Positions 14,218 through 29,516 of a DNA stretch of 64,000 bases are shown here, piece by piece (the first letter of the stretch is position 1; each line of letters opens with the position of its first letter). The notes below the pieces were generated by a model. That model was not told the origin of the DNA and did no database searches. It saw nothing but the letters and a program-made list of their open reading frames with translations. The stretch comes from the human T2T-CHM13v2.0 reference genome, Homo sapiens, in the NCBI RefSeq assembly GCF_009914755.1, contig NC_060925.1; one strand, written 5' to 3'. Both the position numbers and the translations under genes were made by a program.

Positions 14218-17200
14218 ATGGAATCGTCATCGAATGAATTGAATGCAATCATCGAATGGTCTCGAATGGAATCATCTTCTAATGGAAAGGAATGGAATCA
14301 TCGCATAGAATCGAATGGAATTATCATCGAATGGAATCGAATGGTATCAACACCAAACGGAAAAAAACGGAATTATCGAATGGAATCGAAGAGAATCTTC
14401 GAACGGACCCGAATGGAATCATCTAATGGAATGGAATGGAATAATCCATGGACTCGAATGCAATCATCATCGAATGGAATGGAATGGAATCATCGAATGG
14501 ACTCGAATGGAATAATCATTGAACGGAATCGAATGGAATCATCATCGGATGGAAACGAATGGAATCATCATCGAATGGAAATGAAAGGAATCTTCATCTA
14601 ATGGAATTGCATGGAATCATCATAAAATGGAATCGAATGGAATCAACATCAAATCGAATCAAACGGAATCATTGAACGGAATTGAATGGAATCGTCATCG
14701 AATGAATTGACTGCAATCATCGAATGGTCTCGAATGGAATCATCTTCAAATGGAATGGAATGGAATCATCGCATAGAATCGAATGGAATTATCACCGAAA
14801 GCAATCGAATGGAATCAACATCCAACGGAAAAAAACGGAATTATCGAATGGAATCGAAGAGAATCATCGAATGGACCCGAATGGAATCATCTAATGGAAT
14901 GGAATGGAATAATCCATGGACTCGAATGCAATCATCATCGAATGGAATCGAATGGAATCATCGAATGGACTCGAATGGAATAATCATTGAACGGAATAGA
15001 ATGGAATCATCATCGGATGGAAATGAATGGAATCATCATCGAATGGAATCGAATAGAATTATGGAATGAAATCCAGTGTGATCATCATCGAATGGACCCG
15101 AATGGAATCATCATCCAACGGAAGCTAATGGAATCAACATCGAATGAATCAAATGGAAACACCATCGAATTGAAACGAATGGAATTATCATGAAATTGAA
15201 ATGGATGGACTCATCATCGAATGGATTCGAAAGGAATCATCGAATAAAATTGATTGAAATCATCATCGAATGGAATCGAATGGTATCATTGAATGGAATC
15301 GAATGGAATCATCATCAGATGGAAATGAATGGAATCGTCATAGAATGGAATCGAATGGATTCATTGAATGGAATCAGATGGAATCATCGAATGGACTGGA
15401 ATGGAATCATTGAATGGACTCGAAAGGGATCATGATTGAATGGAATTGAATGGAATCATCGAATGGTCTCGATTGGAATCATTATCAAATGGAATCGAAT
15501 GGAATCACCGAATAGAATCGAATGGAACAATCATCGAATGGACTCAAATGGAATTATCCTCCAATGGAATCGAATGGAATTATCGAATGCAATCGAATGG
15601 AATTATCGAATGCAATCGAATAGAATCATCGAATGGACTCGAATGGAATCATCGAATGGAATGGAATGGAACAGTCAATGAACTCGAATGGAATCATCAT
15701 TGAATGGAATCGAATGGAATCATCGAGTAGAATCGAATGGAATTATGATCAAATGGAATCGAATGTAATCATCATCAAATGGAATCAAAAATAACCATCA
15801 TCAATTGGTATTGAATGGAATTGTCATCAAATGGAATTCAAAGGAATCAATATCAAATGGAACCGAATGGAATCCTCATTGAATGGAAATGAAAGGGGTC
15901 ATCATCTAATGGAATCGCATGGAATCATCATCAAATGGAATCGAATGGAATCATCATCAAATGGAATCTAATGGAATCAACATCAAATGGAATCAAAAGG
16001 AATCATTGAACGGAATTGAATGGAATCGTCATCGAATGAATTGACTGCAATCATCCAATGGTCTCGAATGGAATCATCTTCTAATGGAAAGGAATGGAAT
16101 CATCGCATAGAATCGAATGGAATTATCATCGAATGGAATCGAATGGTATCAACACCAAACGGAAAAAAACGGAATTATCGAATGGAATCGAAGAGAATCT
16201 TCGAACGGACCCGAATGGAATCATCTAATGGAATGGAATGGAATAATCCATGGACTCGAATGCAATCATCATCGAATGGAATCGAATGGAATCATCGAAT
16301 GGACTCGAATGGAATAATCATTGAACGGAATCGAATGGAATCATCATCGGATGGAAACGAATGGAATCATCATCGAATGGAAATGAAAGGAGTCATCATC
16401 TAATGGAATTGCATGGAATCATCATAAAATGGAATCGAATGGAATCAACATCAAATGGAATCAAAAGGAATCATTGAACGGAATTGAATGGAATCGTCAT
16501 CGAATGAATTGACTGCAATCATCCAATGGTCTCGAATGGAATCATCTTCAAATGGAATGGAATGGAATCATCGCATAGAATCGAATGGAATTATCATCGA
16601 ATGGAATCGAATGGAATCAACATCAAACGGAAAAAAACGGAATTATCGAATGGAATCGAAGAGAATCATCGAATGGACCCGAATGGAATCATCTAATGGA
16701 ATGGAATGGAATAATCCATGGACTCGAATACAATCATCATCGAATGGAATCGAATGGAATCATCGAATGGACTCGAATGGAATAATCATTGAACGGAATC
16801 GAATGGAATCATCATCGGATGGAAATGAATGGAATCATCATCGAATGGAATCGAATAGAATTATGGAATGAAATCCAGTGTGATCATCATCGAATGGACC
16901 CGAATGGAATCATCATCCAACGGAAGCTAATGGAATCAACATCGAATGAATCGAATGGAAACACCATCGAATTGAAACGAATGTAATTATCATGAAATTG
17001 AAATGGATGGACTCATCATCGAATGGATTCGAATGGAATCATCGAATAAAATTGATTGAAATCATCATCGAATGGAATCGAATGGTATCATTGAATGGAA
17101 TCGAATGAAATCATCATCAGATGGAAATGAATGGAATCGTCATAGATTGGAATCGAATGGATTCATTGAATGGAATCAGATGGAATCATCGAATGGACTG

Positions 17201-19571
17201 GAATGGAATAATTGAATGGACTCGAAAGGGATCATGATTGAATGGAATTGAATGGAATCATCGAATGGTCTCGATTGCAATCATTATCAAATGGAATCGA
17301 ATGGAATCACCGAATAGAATCGAATGGAACAATCATCGAATGGACTCAAATGGAATTATCCTCAAATGGAATCGAATGGAATTATCGAATGCAATCGAAT
17401 GGAATTATCGAATGCAATCGAATAGAATCATCGAATGGACTCGAATGGAATCATCGAATGGAATGGAATGGAACAGTCAATGAACACGAATGGAATCATC
17501 ATTGAATGGAATCGAATGGAATCATCGAGTGGAATCGAATTGAATTATGATCAAATGGAATCGAATGTAATCATCATCAAATGGAATCAAAAATAACCAT
17601 CATCAATTGCTATTGAATGGAATTGTCATCAAATGGAATTCAAAGGAATCATCATCAAATGGAACCGAATGGAATCCTCATTGAATGGAAATAAAAGGGG
17701 TCATCATCTAATGGAATCGCATGGAATCATCATCAAATGGAATCAAATGGAATCATCATCAAATGGAATCTAATGGAATCATTGAACAGAATTGAATGGA
17801 ATCGTCATCGAATGAATTGAATGCAATCATCGAATGGTCTCGAATGGAATCATCTTCTAATGGAAAGGAATGGAATCATCGCATAGAATCGAATGGAATT
17901 ATCATCGAATGGAATCGAATGGTATCAACACCAAACGGAAAAAAACGGAATTATCGAATGGAATCGAAGAGAATCTTCGAACGGACCCGAATGGAATCAT
18001 CTAATGGAATGGAATGGAATAATCCATGGACTCGAATGCAATCATCATCGAATGGAATCGAATGGAATCATCGAATGGACTCGAATGGAATAATCATTGA
18101 ACGGAATCGAATGGAATCATCATCGGATGGAAACGAATGGAATCATCATCGAATGGAAATGAAAGGAGTCATCATCTAATGCAATTGCATGGAATCATCA
18201 TCAAATGGAATCGAATGGAATCAACATCAAATGGAATCTAATGGAATCATTGAACAGAATTGAATGGAATCGTCATCGAATGAATTGACTGCAATCATCG
18301 AATGGTCTCGAATGGAATCATCTTCAAATGGAATGGAATGGAATCATCGCATAGAATCGAATGGAATTATCATCGAATGGAATCGAATGGAATCAACATC
18401 AAACGGAAAAAAACGGAATTATCAAATGGAATCGAAGAGAATCATCGCATGGACCCGAATGGAATCATCTAATGGAATGGAATGGAATAATCCATGGACT
18501 CGAATGCAATCATCATCGAATGGAATCGAATGGAATCATCGAGTGGACTCGAATGGAATAATCATTGAACGGAATCGAATGGAATCATCATCGGATGGAA
18601 ATGAATGGAATCATCATCGAATGGAATCGAATAGAATTATGGAATGAAATCCAGTGTGATCATCATCGAATGGACCCGAATGGAATCATCATCCAACGGA
18701 AGCTAATGGAATCAACATCGAATGAATCAAATGGAAACACCATCGAATTGAAACGAATGGAATTATCATGAAATTGAAATGGATGGACTCATCATCGAAT
18801 GGATTCGAATGGAATCATCGAATAAAATTGATTGAAATCATCATCGAATGGAATCGAATGGTATCATTGAATGGAATCGAATGGAATCATCATCAGATGG
18901 AAATGAATGGAATCGTCATAGAATGGAATCGAATGGATTCATTGAATGGAATCAGATGGAATCATCGAATGGACTGGAATGGAATCATTGAATGGACTCG
19001 AAAGGGATCATGATTGAATGGAATTGAATGGAATCATCGAATGGTCTCGATTGGAATCATTATCAAATGGAATCGAATGGAATCACCGAATAGAATCGAA
19101 TGGAACAATCATCGAATGGACTCAAATGGAATTATCCTCAAATGGAATCGAATGGAATTATCGAATGCAATCGAATGGAATTATCGAATGCAATCGAATA
19201 GAATCATCGAATGGACTCGAATGGAATCATCGAATGGAATGGAATGGAACAGTCAATGAACTCGAATGGAATCATCATTGAATGGAATCGAATGGAATCA
19301 TCGAGTGGAATCGAATGGAATTATGATCAAATGCAATCGAATGTAATCCTCATCAAATGGAATCAAAAATAACCATCATCAATTGGTATTGAATGGAATT
19401 GTCATCAAATGGAATTCAAAGGAATCATCATCAAATGGAACCGAATGGAATCCTCATTGAATGGAAATGAAAGGGGTCATCATCTAATGGAATCGCATGG
19501 AATCATCATCAAATGGAATCGAATGGAATCATCATCAAATGGAATCTAATGGAATCATTGAACAGAATTGA

Positions 19572-20634
19572 ATGGAATCGTCATCGAATGAATTGAATGC
19601 AATCATCGAATGGTCTCGAATGGAATCATCTTCTAATGGAAAGGAATGGAATCATCGCATAGAATCGAATGGAATTATCATCGAATGGAATCGAATGGTA
19701 TCAACACCAAACGGAAAAAAACGGAATTATCGAATGGAATCGAAGAGAATCTTCGAACGGACCCGAATGGAATCATCTAATGGAATGGAATGGAATAATC
19801 CATGGACTCGAATGCAATCATCATCGAATGGAATCGAATGGAATCATCGAATGGACTCGAATGGAATAATCATTGAACGGAATCGAATGGAATCATCATC
19901 GGATGGAAACGAATGGAATCATCATCGAATGGAAATGAAAGGAGTCATCATCTAATGGAATTGCATGGAATCATCATAAAATGGAATCGAATGGAATCAA
20001 CATCAAATCGAATCAAACGGAATCATTGAACAGAATTGAATGGAATCGTCATCGAATGAATTGACTGCAATCAACGAATGGTCTCGAATGGAATCATCTT
20101 CAAATGGAATGGAATGGAATCATCGCATAGAATCGAATGGAATTATCACCGAATGGAATCGAATGGAATCAACATCAAACGGAAAAAAACGGAATTATCG
20201 AATGGAATCGAAGAGAATCATCGAATGGACCCGAATGGAATCATCTAATGGAATGGAATGGAATAATCCATGGACTCGAATGCAATCATCATCGAATGGA
20301 ATCGAATGGAATCATCGAATGAACTCGAATGGAATCATCATTGAATGGAATCGAATGGAATCATCGAGTGGAATCGAATGGAATTATGATCAAATGGAAT
20401 CGAATGTAATCATCATCCAATGGAATCAAAAATAACCATCATCAATTGGTATTGAATGGAATTGTCATCAAATGGAATTCTAAGGAATCATCATCAAATG
20501 GAACCGAATGGAATCCTCATTGAATGGAAATGAAAGGGGTCATCATCTAATGGAATCGCATGGAATCATCATCAAATGGAATCGAATGGAATCATCATCA
20601 AATGGAATCTAATGGAATCATTGAACAGAATTGA
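19572..20634 (+). repeat. 1063-bp deleted unit (713-bp deletion), copy 2
   Basis: A-subunit pseudo-ORF starts are at 19572 and 20635. The same junction lies near 20311-20332. Confidence 0.9.
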
Positions 20635-23600
20635 ATGGAATCGTCATCGAATGAATTGAATGCAATCATCGAATGGTCTCGAATGGAATCATCTTCTAAT
20701 GGAAAGGAATGGAATCATCGCATAGAATCGAATGGAATTATCATCGAATGGAATCGAATGGTATCAACACCAAACGGAAAAAAACGGAATTATCGAATGG
20801 AATCGAAGAGAATCTTCGAACGGACCCGAATGGAATCATCTAATGGAATGGAATGGAATAATCCATGGACTCGAATGCAATCATCATCGAATGGAATCGA
20901 ATGGAATCATCGAATGGACTCGAATGGAATAATCATTGAACGGAATCGAATGGAATCATCATCGGATGGAAACGAATGGAATCATCATCGAATGGAAATG
21001 AAAGGAGTCATCATCTAATGGAATTGCATGGAATCATCATAAAATGGAATCGAATGGAATCAACATCAAATGGAATCAAATGGAATCATTGAACGGAATT
21101 GAATGGAATCGTCATCGAATGAATTGACTGCAATCATCGAATGGTCTCGAATGGAATCATCTTCAAATGGAATGGAATGGAATCATCGCATAGAATCGAA
21201 TGGAATTATCATCGAATGGAATCGAATGGAATCAACATCAAACGGAAAAAAACGGAATTATCGAATGGAATCGAAGAGAATCATCGAATGGACCCGAATG
21301 GAATCATCTAATGGAATGGAATGGAATAATCCATGGACTCGAATGCAATCATCATCGAATGGAATCGAATGGAATCATCGAATGGACTCGAATGGAATAA
21401 TCATTGAACGGAATCGAATGGAATCATCATCGGATGGAAATGAATGGAATCATCATCGAATGGAATCGAATAGAATTATGGAATGAAATCCAGTGTGATC
21501 ATCATCGAATGGACCCGAATGGAATCATCATCCAACGGAAGCTAATGGAATCAACATCCAATGAATCGAATGGAAACACCATCGAATTGAAACGAATGGA
21601 ATTATCATGAAATTGAAATGGATGGACTCATCATCGAATGGATTCGAATGGAATCATCGAATAAAATTGATTGAAATCATCATCCAATGGAATCGAATGG
21701 TATCATTGAATGGAATCGAATGGAATCTTCATCAGATGGAAATGAATGGAATCGTCATAGAATGGAATCGAATGGATTCATTGAATGGAATCAGATGGAA
21801 TCATCGAATGGACTGGAATGGAATCATTGAATGGACTCGAAAGGGATCATTATTGAATGGAATTGAATGGAATCATCGAATGGTCTCGATTGGAATCATT
21901 ATCAAATGGAATCGAATGGAATCACCGAACAAAATCGAATGGAACAATCATCGAATGGACTCAAATGGAATTATCCTCAAATGGAATCGAATGGAATTAT
22001 CGAATGCAATCGAATGGAATTATCGAATGCAATCGAATAGAATCATCGAATGGACTCGAATGGAATCATCGAATGGAATGGAATGGAAGAGTCAATGAAC
22101 TCGAATGGAATCATCATTGAATGGAATCGAATGGAATCATCGAGTGGAATCAAATGGAATTATGATCAAATGGAATCGAATGTAATCATCATCAAATGGA
22201 ATCAAAAATAACCATCATCAATTGGTATTGAATGGAATTGTCATCAAATGGAATTCAAAGGAATCATCATCAAATGGAACCGAATGGAATCCTCATTGAA
22301 TGGAAATGAAAGGGGTCATCATCTAATGGAATCGCATGGAATCATCATCAAATGGAATCGAATGGAATCATCATCAAATGGAATCTAATGGAATCATTGA
22401 ACAGAATTGAATGGAATCGTCATCGAATGAATTGAATGCAATCATCGAATGGTCTCGAATGGAATCATCTTCTAATGGAAAGGAATGGAATCATCGCATA
22501 GAATCGAATGGAATTATCATCGAATGGAATCGAATGGTATCAACACCAAACGGAAAAAAACGGAATTATCGAATGGAATCGAAGAGAATCTTCGAACGGA
22601 CCCGAATGGAATCATCTAATGGAATGGAATGGAATAATCCATGGACTCGAATGCAATCATCATCGAATGGAATGGAATGGAATCATCGAATGGACTCGAA
22701 TGGAATAATCATTGAACGGAATCGAATGGAATCATCATCGGATGGAAACGAATGGAATCATCATCGAATGGAAATGAAAGGAGTCATCATCTAATGGAAT
22801 TGCATGGAATCATCATAAAATGGAATCGAATGGAATCAACATCAAATGGAATCAAATGGAATCATTGAACGGAATTGAATGGAATCGTCATCGAATGAAT
22901 TGACTGCAATCATCGAATGGTCTCGAATGGAATCATCTTCAAATGGAATGGAATGGAATCATCGCATAGAATCGAATGGAATTATCATCGAATGGAATCG
23001 AATGGAATCAACATCAAACGGAAAAAAACGGAATTATCGAATGGAATCGAAGAGAATCATCGAATGGACCCGAATGGAATCATCTAATGGAATGGAAAGG
23101 AATAATCCATGGACTCGAATGCAATCATCATCTAATGGAATCGAATGGAATCATCGAATGGACTCGAATGGAATAATCATTGAACGGAATCGAATGGAAT
23201 CATCATCGGATGGAAATGAATGGAATCATCATCGAATGGAATCGAATAGAATTATGGAATGAAATCCAGTGTGGTCATCATCGAATGGACCCGAATGGAA
23301 TCATCATCCAACGGAAGCTAATGGAATCAACATCGAATGAATCGAATGGAAACACCATCGAATTGAAACGAATGGAATTATCATGAAATTGAAATGGATG
23401 GACTCATCATCGAATGGATTCGAATGGAATCATCGAATAAAATTGATTGAAATCATCATCCAATGGAATCGAATGGTATCATTGAATGGAATCGAATGGA
23501 ATCATCATCAGATGGAAATGAATGGAATCGTCATAGAATGGAATCGAATGGATTCATTGAATGGAATCAGATGGAATCATCGAATGGACTGGAATGGAAT

Positions 23601-25962
23601 CATTGAATGGACTCGAAAGGGATCATTATTGAATGGAATTGAATGGAATCATCGAATGGTCTCGATTGGAATCATTATCAAATGGAATGGAATGGAATCA
23701 CCGAATAGAATCGAATGGAACAATCATCGAATGGACTCAAATGGAATTATCCTCCAATGGAATCGAATGGAATTATCGAATGCAATCGAATGGAATTATC
23801 GAATGCAATCGAATAGAATCATCGAATGGACTCGAATGGAATCATCGAATGGAATGGAATGGAACAGTCAATGAACTCGAATGGAATCATCATTGAATGG
23901 AATCGAATGGAATCATCGAGTGGAATCGAATGGAATTATGATCAAATGGAATCGAATGTAATCATCATCAAATGGAATCAAAAATAACCATCATCAATTG
24001 GTATTGAATGGAATTGTCATCAAATGGAATTCAAAGGAATCATCATCAAATGGAACCGAATGGAATCCTCATTGAATGGAAATGAAAGGGGTCATCATCT
24101 AATGGAATCGCATGGAATCATCATCAAATGGAATCGAATGGAATCATCATCAAATGGAATCTAATGGAATCATTGAACAGAATTGAATGGAATCGTCATC
24201 GAATGAATTGAATGCAATCATCGAATGGTCTCGAATGGAATCATCTTCTAATGGAAAGGAATGGAATCATCGCATAGAATCGAATGGAATTATCATCGAA
24301 TGGAATCGAATGGTATCAACACCAAACGGAAAAAAACGGAATTATCGAATGGAATCGAAGAGAATCTTCGAACGGACCCGAATGGAATCATCTAATGGAA
24401 TGGAATGGAATAATCCATGGACTCGAATGCAATCATCATCGAATGGAATCGAATGGAATCATCGAATGGACTTGAATGGAATAATCATTGAACGGAATCG
24501 ATTGGAATCATCATCGGATGGAAACGAATGGAATCATCATCGAATGGAAATGAAAGGAGTCATCATCTAATGGAATTGCATGGAATCATCATAAAATGGA
24601 ATCGAATGGAATCAACATCAAATGGAATCAAATGGAATCATTGAACGGAATTGAATGGAATCGTCATCGAATGAATTGACTGCAATCATCCAATGGTCGC
24701 GAATGGAATCATCTTCAAATGGAATGGAATGGAATCATCGCATAGAATCGAATGGAATTATCATCGAATGGAATCGAATGGAATCAACATCCAACGGAAA
24801 AAAACGGAATTATCGAATGGAATCGAAGAGAATCATCGAATGGACCCGAATGGAATCATCTAATGGAATGGAATGGAATAATCCATGGACTCGAATGCAA
24901 TCATCATCGAATGGAATCGAATGGAATCATCGAATGGACTCGAATGGAATAATCATTGAACGGCATCGAATGGAATCATCATCGGATGGAAATGAATGGA
25001 ATCATCATCGAATGGAATCGAATAGAATTATGGAATGAAATCCAGTGTGATCATCATCGAATGGACCCGAATGGAATCATCATTCAACGGAAGCTAATGG
25101 AATCAACATCGAATGAATCAAATGGAAACACCATCGAATTGAAACGAATGGAATTATCATGAAATTGAAATGGATGGACTCATCATCGAATGGATTCGAA
25201 TGGAATCATCGAATAAAATTGATTGAAATCATCATCGAATGGAATCCAATGGTATCATTGAATGGAATCGAATGGAATCATCATCAGATGGAAATGAATG
25301 GAATCGTCATAGAATGGAATCGAATGGATTCATTGAATGGAATCAGATGGAATCATCGAATGGACTGGAATGGAATCATTGAATGGACTCGAAAGGGATC
25401 ATGATTGAATGGAATTGAATGGAATCATCGAATGGTCTCGATTGGAATCATTATCAAATGGAATCGAATGGAATCACCGAATAGAATCGAATGGAACAAT
25501 CATCGAATGGACTCAAATGGAATTATCCTCAAATGGAATCGAATGGAATTATCGAATGCAATCGAATGGAATTATCGATTGCAATCGAATAGAATCATCG
25601 AATGGACTCGAATGGAATCATCGAATGGAATGGAATGGAACAGTCAATGAACTCGAATGGAATCATCATTGAATGGAATCGAATGGAATCATCGAGTGGA
25701 ATCGAATGGAATTATGATCAAATGGAATCGAATGTAATCATCATCAAATGGAATCAAAAATAACCATCATCAATTGGTATTGAATGGAATTGTCATCAAA
25801 TGGAATTCAAAGGAATCATCATCAAATGGAACCGAATGGAATCCTCATTGAATGGAAATGAAAGGGGTCATCATCTAATGGAATCGCATGGAATCATCAT
25901 CAAATGGAATCGAATGGAATCATCATCAAATGGAATCTAATGGAATCATTGAACAGAATTGA

Positions 25963-28900
25963 ATGGAATCGTCATCGAATGAATTGAATGCAATCATCGA
26001 ATGGTCTCGAATGGAATCATCTTCTAATGGAAAGGAATGGAATCATCGCATAGAATCGAATGGAATTATCATCGAATGGAATCGAATGGTATCAACACCA
26101 AACGGAAAAAAACGGAATTATCGAATGGAATCGAAGAGAATCTTCGAACGGACCCGAATGGAATCATCTAATGGAATGGAATGGAATAATCCATGGACTC
26201 GAATGCAATCAAAATCGAATGGAATCGAATGGAATCATCGAATGGACTCGAATGGAATAATCATTGAACGGAATCGAATGGAATCATCATCGGATGGAAA
26301 CGAATGGAATCATCATCGAATGGAAATGAAAGGAGTCATCATCTAATGGAATTGCATGGAATCATCATAAAATGGAATCGAATGGAATCAACATCAAATG
26401 GAATCAAATGGAATCATTGAACGGAATTGAATGGAATCGTCATCGAATGAATTGACTGCAATCATCCAATGGTCTCGAATGGAATCATCTTCAAATGGAA
26501 TGGAATGGAATCATCGCATAGAATCGAATGGAATTATCATCGAATGGAATCGAATGGAATCAACATCAAACGGAAAAAAACGGAATTATCGAATGGAATC
26601 GAAGAGAATCATCGAATGGACCCGAATGGAATCATCTAATGGAATGGAATGGAATAATCCATGGACTCGAATGCAATCATCATCGAATGGAATCAAATGG
26701 AATCATCGAATGGACTCGAATGGAATAATCATTGAACGGAATCGAATGGAATCGTCATCGGATGGAAATGAATGGAATCATCATCGAATGGAATCGAATA
26801 GAATTATGGAATGAAATCCAGTGTGATCATCATCGAATGGACCCGAATGGAATCATCATCCAACGGAAGCTAATGGAATCAACATCGAATGAATCGAATG
26901 GAAACACCATCGAATTGAAACGAATGGAATTATCATGAAATTGAAATGGATGGACTCATCATCGAATGGATTCGAATGGAATCATCGAATAAAATTGATT
27001 GAAATCATCATCCAATGGAATCGAATGGTATCATTGAATGGAATCGAATGGAATCATCATCAGATGGAAATGAATGGAATCGTCATAGAATGGAATCGAA
27101 TGGATTCATTGAATGGAATCAGATGGAATCATCGAATGGACTGGAATGGAATCATTGAATGGACTCGAAAGGGATCATTATTGAATGGAATTGAATGGAA
27201 TCATCGAATGGTCTCGATTGGAATCATTATCAAATGGAATCGAATGGAATCACCGAATAGAATCGAATGGAACAATCATCGAATGGACTCAAATGGAATT
27301 ATCCTCAAATGGAATCGAATGGAATTATCGAATGCAATCGAATGGAATTATCGAATGCAATCGAATATAATGATCGAATGGACTCGAATGGAATCATCGA
27401 ATGGAATGGAATGGAACAGTCAATGAACTCGAATGGAATCATCATTGAATGGAATCGAATGGAATCATCGAGTGGAATCGAATGGAATTATGATCAAATT
27501 GCAATCGAATGTAATCCTCATCAAATGGAATCAAAAATAACCATCATCAATTGGTATTGAATGGAATTGTCATCAAATGGAATTCAAAGGAATCATCATC
27601 AAATGGAACCGAATGGAATCCTCATTGAATGGAAATGAAAGGGGTCATCATCTAATGGAATCGCATGGAATCATCATCAAATGGAATCGAATTGAATCAT
27701 CATCAAATGGAATCTAATGGAATCATTGAACAGAATTGAATGGAATCGTCATCGAATGAATTGAATGCAATCATCGAATGGTCTCGAATGGATTCATCTT
27801 CTAATGAAAAGGAATGGAATCATCGCATAGAATCGAATGGAATTATCATCGAATGGAATCGAATGGTATCAACACCAAACGGAAAAAAACGGAATTATCG
27901 AATGGAATCGAAGAGAATCTTCGAACGGACCCGAATGGAATCATCTAATGGAATGGAATGGAATAATCCATGGACTCGAATGCAATCAAAATCGAATGGA
28001 ATCGAATGGAATCATCGAATGTACTCGAATGGAATAATCATTGAACGGAATCGAATGGAATCATCATCGGATGGAAACGAATGGAATCATCATCGAATGG
28101 AAATGAAAGGAGTCATCATCTAATGGAATCGCATGGAATCATCATAAAATGGATTCGAATGGAATCAACATCAAATGGAATCAAATCGAATCATTGAACG
28201 GAATTGAATGGAATCGTCATCGAATGAATTGACTGCAATCATCCAATGGTCTCGAATGGAATCATCTTCAAATGGAATGGAATGGAATCATCGCATAGAA
28301 TCGAATGGAATTATCATCGAATGGAATCGAATGGAATCAACATCAAACGGAAAAAAACGGAATTATCGAATGGAATCGAAGAGAATCATCGAATGGACCC
28401 GAATGGAATCATCTAATGGAATGGAATGGAATAATCCATGGACTCGAATGCAATCATCATCGAATGGAATCAAATGGAATCATCGAATGGACTCGAATGG
28501 AATAATCATTGAACGGAATCGAATGGAATCGTCATCGGATGGAAATGAATGGAATCATCATCGAATGGAATCGAATAGAATTATGGAATGAAATCCAGTG
28601 TGATCATCATCGAATGGACCCGAATGGAATCATCATCCAACGGAAGCTAATGGAATCAACATCGAATGAATCGAATGGAAACACCATCGAATTGAAACGA
28701 ATGGAATTATCATGAAATTGAAATGGATGGACTCATCATCGAATGGATTCGAATGGAATCATCGAATAAAATTGATTGAAATCATCATCCAATGGAATCG
28801 AATGGTATCATTGAATGGAATCGAATGGAATCATCATCAGATGGAAATGAATGGAATCGTCATAGAATGGAATCGAATGGATTCATTGAATGGAATCAGA

Positions 28901-29516
28901 TGGAATCATCGAATGGACTGGAATGGAATCATTGAATGGACTCGAAAGGGATCATTATTGAATGGAATTGAATGGAATCATCGAATGGTCTCGATTGGAA
29001 TCATTATCAAATGGAATCGAATGGAATCACCGAATAGAATCGAATGGAACAATCATCGAATGGACTCAAATGGAATTATCCTCAAATGGAATCGAATGGA
29101 ATTATCGAATGCAATCGAATGGAATTATCGAATGCAATCGAATAGAATCATCGAATGGACTCGAATGGAATCATCGAATGGAATGGAATGGAACAGTCAA
29201 TGAACTCGAATGGAATCATCATTGAATGGAATCGAATGGAATCATCGAGTGGAATCGAATGGAATTATGATCAAATTGCAATCGAATGTAATCCTCATCA
29301 AATGGAATCAAAAATAACCATCATCAATTGGTATTGAATGGAATTGTCATCAAATGGAATTCAAAGGAATCATCATCAAATGGAACCGAATGGAATCCTC
29401 ATTGAATGGAAATGAAAGGGGTCATCATCTAATGGAATCGCATGGAATCATCATCAAATGGAATCGAATGGAATCATCATCAAATGGAATCTAATGGAAT
29501 CATTGAACAGAATTGA
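25963..29516 (+). repeat. Tandem pair of 1777-bp units
   Basis: A-subunit starts at 25963, 27740 and 29517 are 1777 bp apart. The 1-bp insertion GATCAAATTGCAATC occurs near 27500 and 29277. Confidence 0.88.

Noticed and set aside
13155-26000. Regular 6417-bp higher-order repeat
   Set aside because: The 713-bp deletion recurs only once. Units following each copy carry different alleles (no 1802-bp unit after the second), so this is not a sustained HOR.
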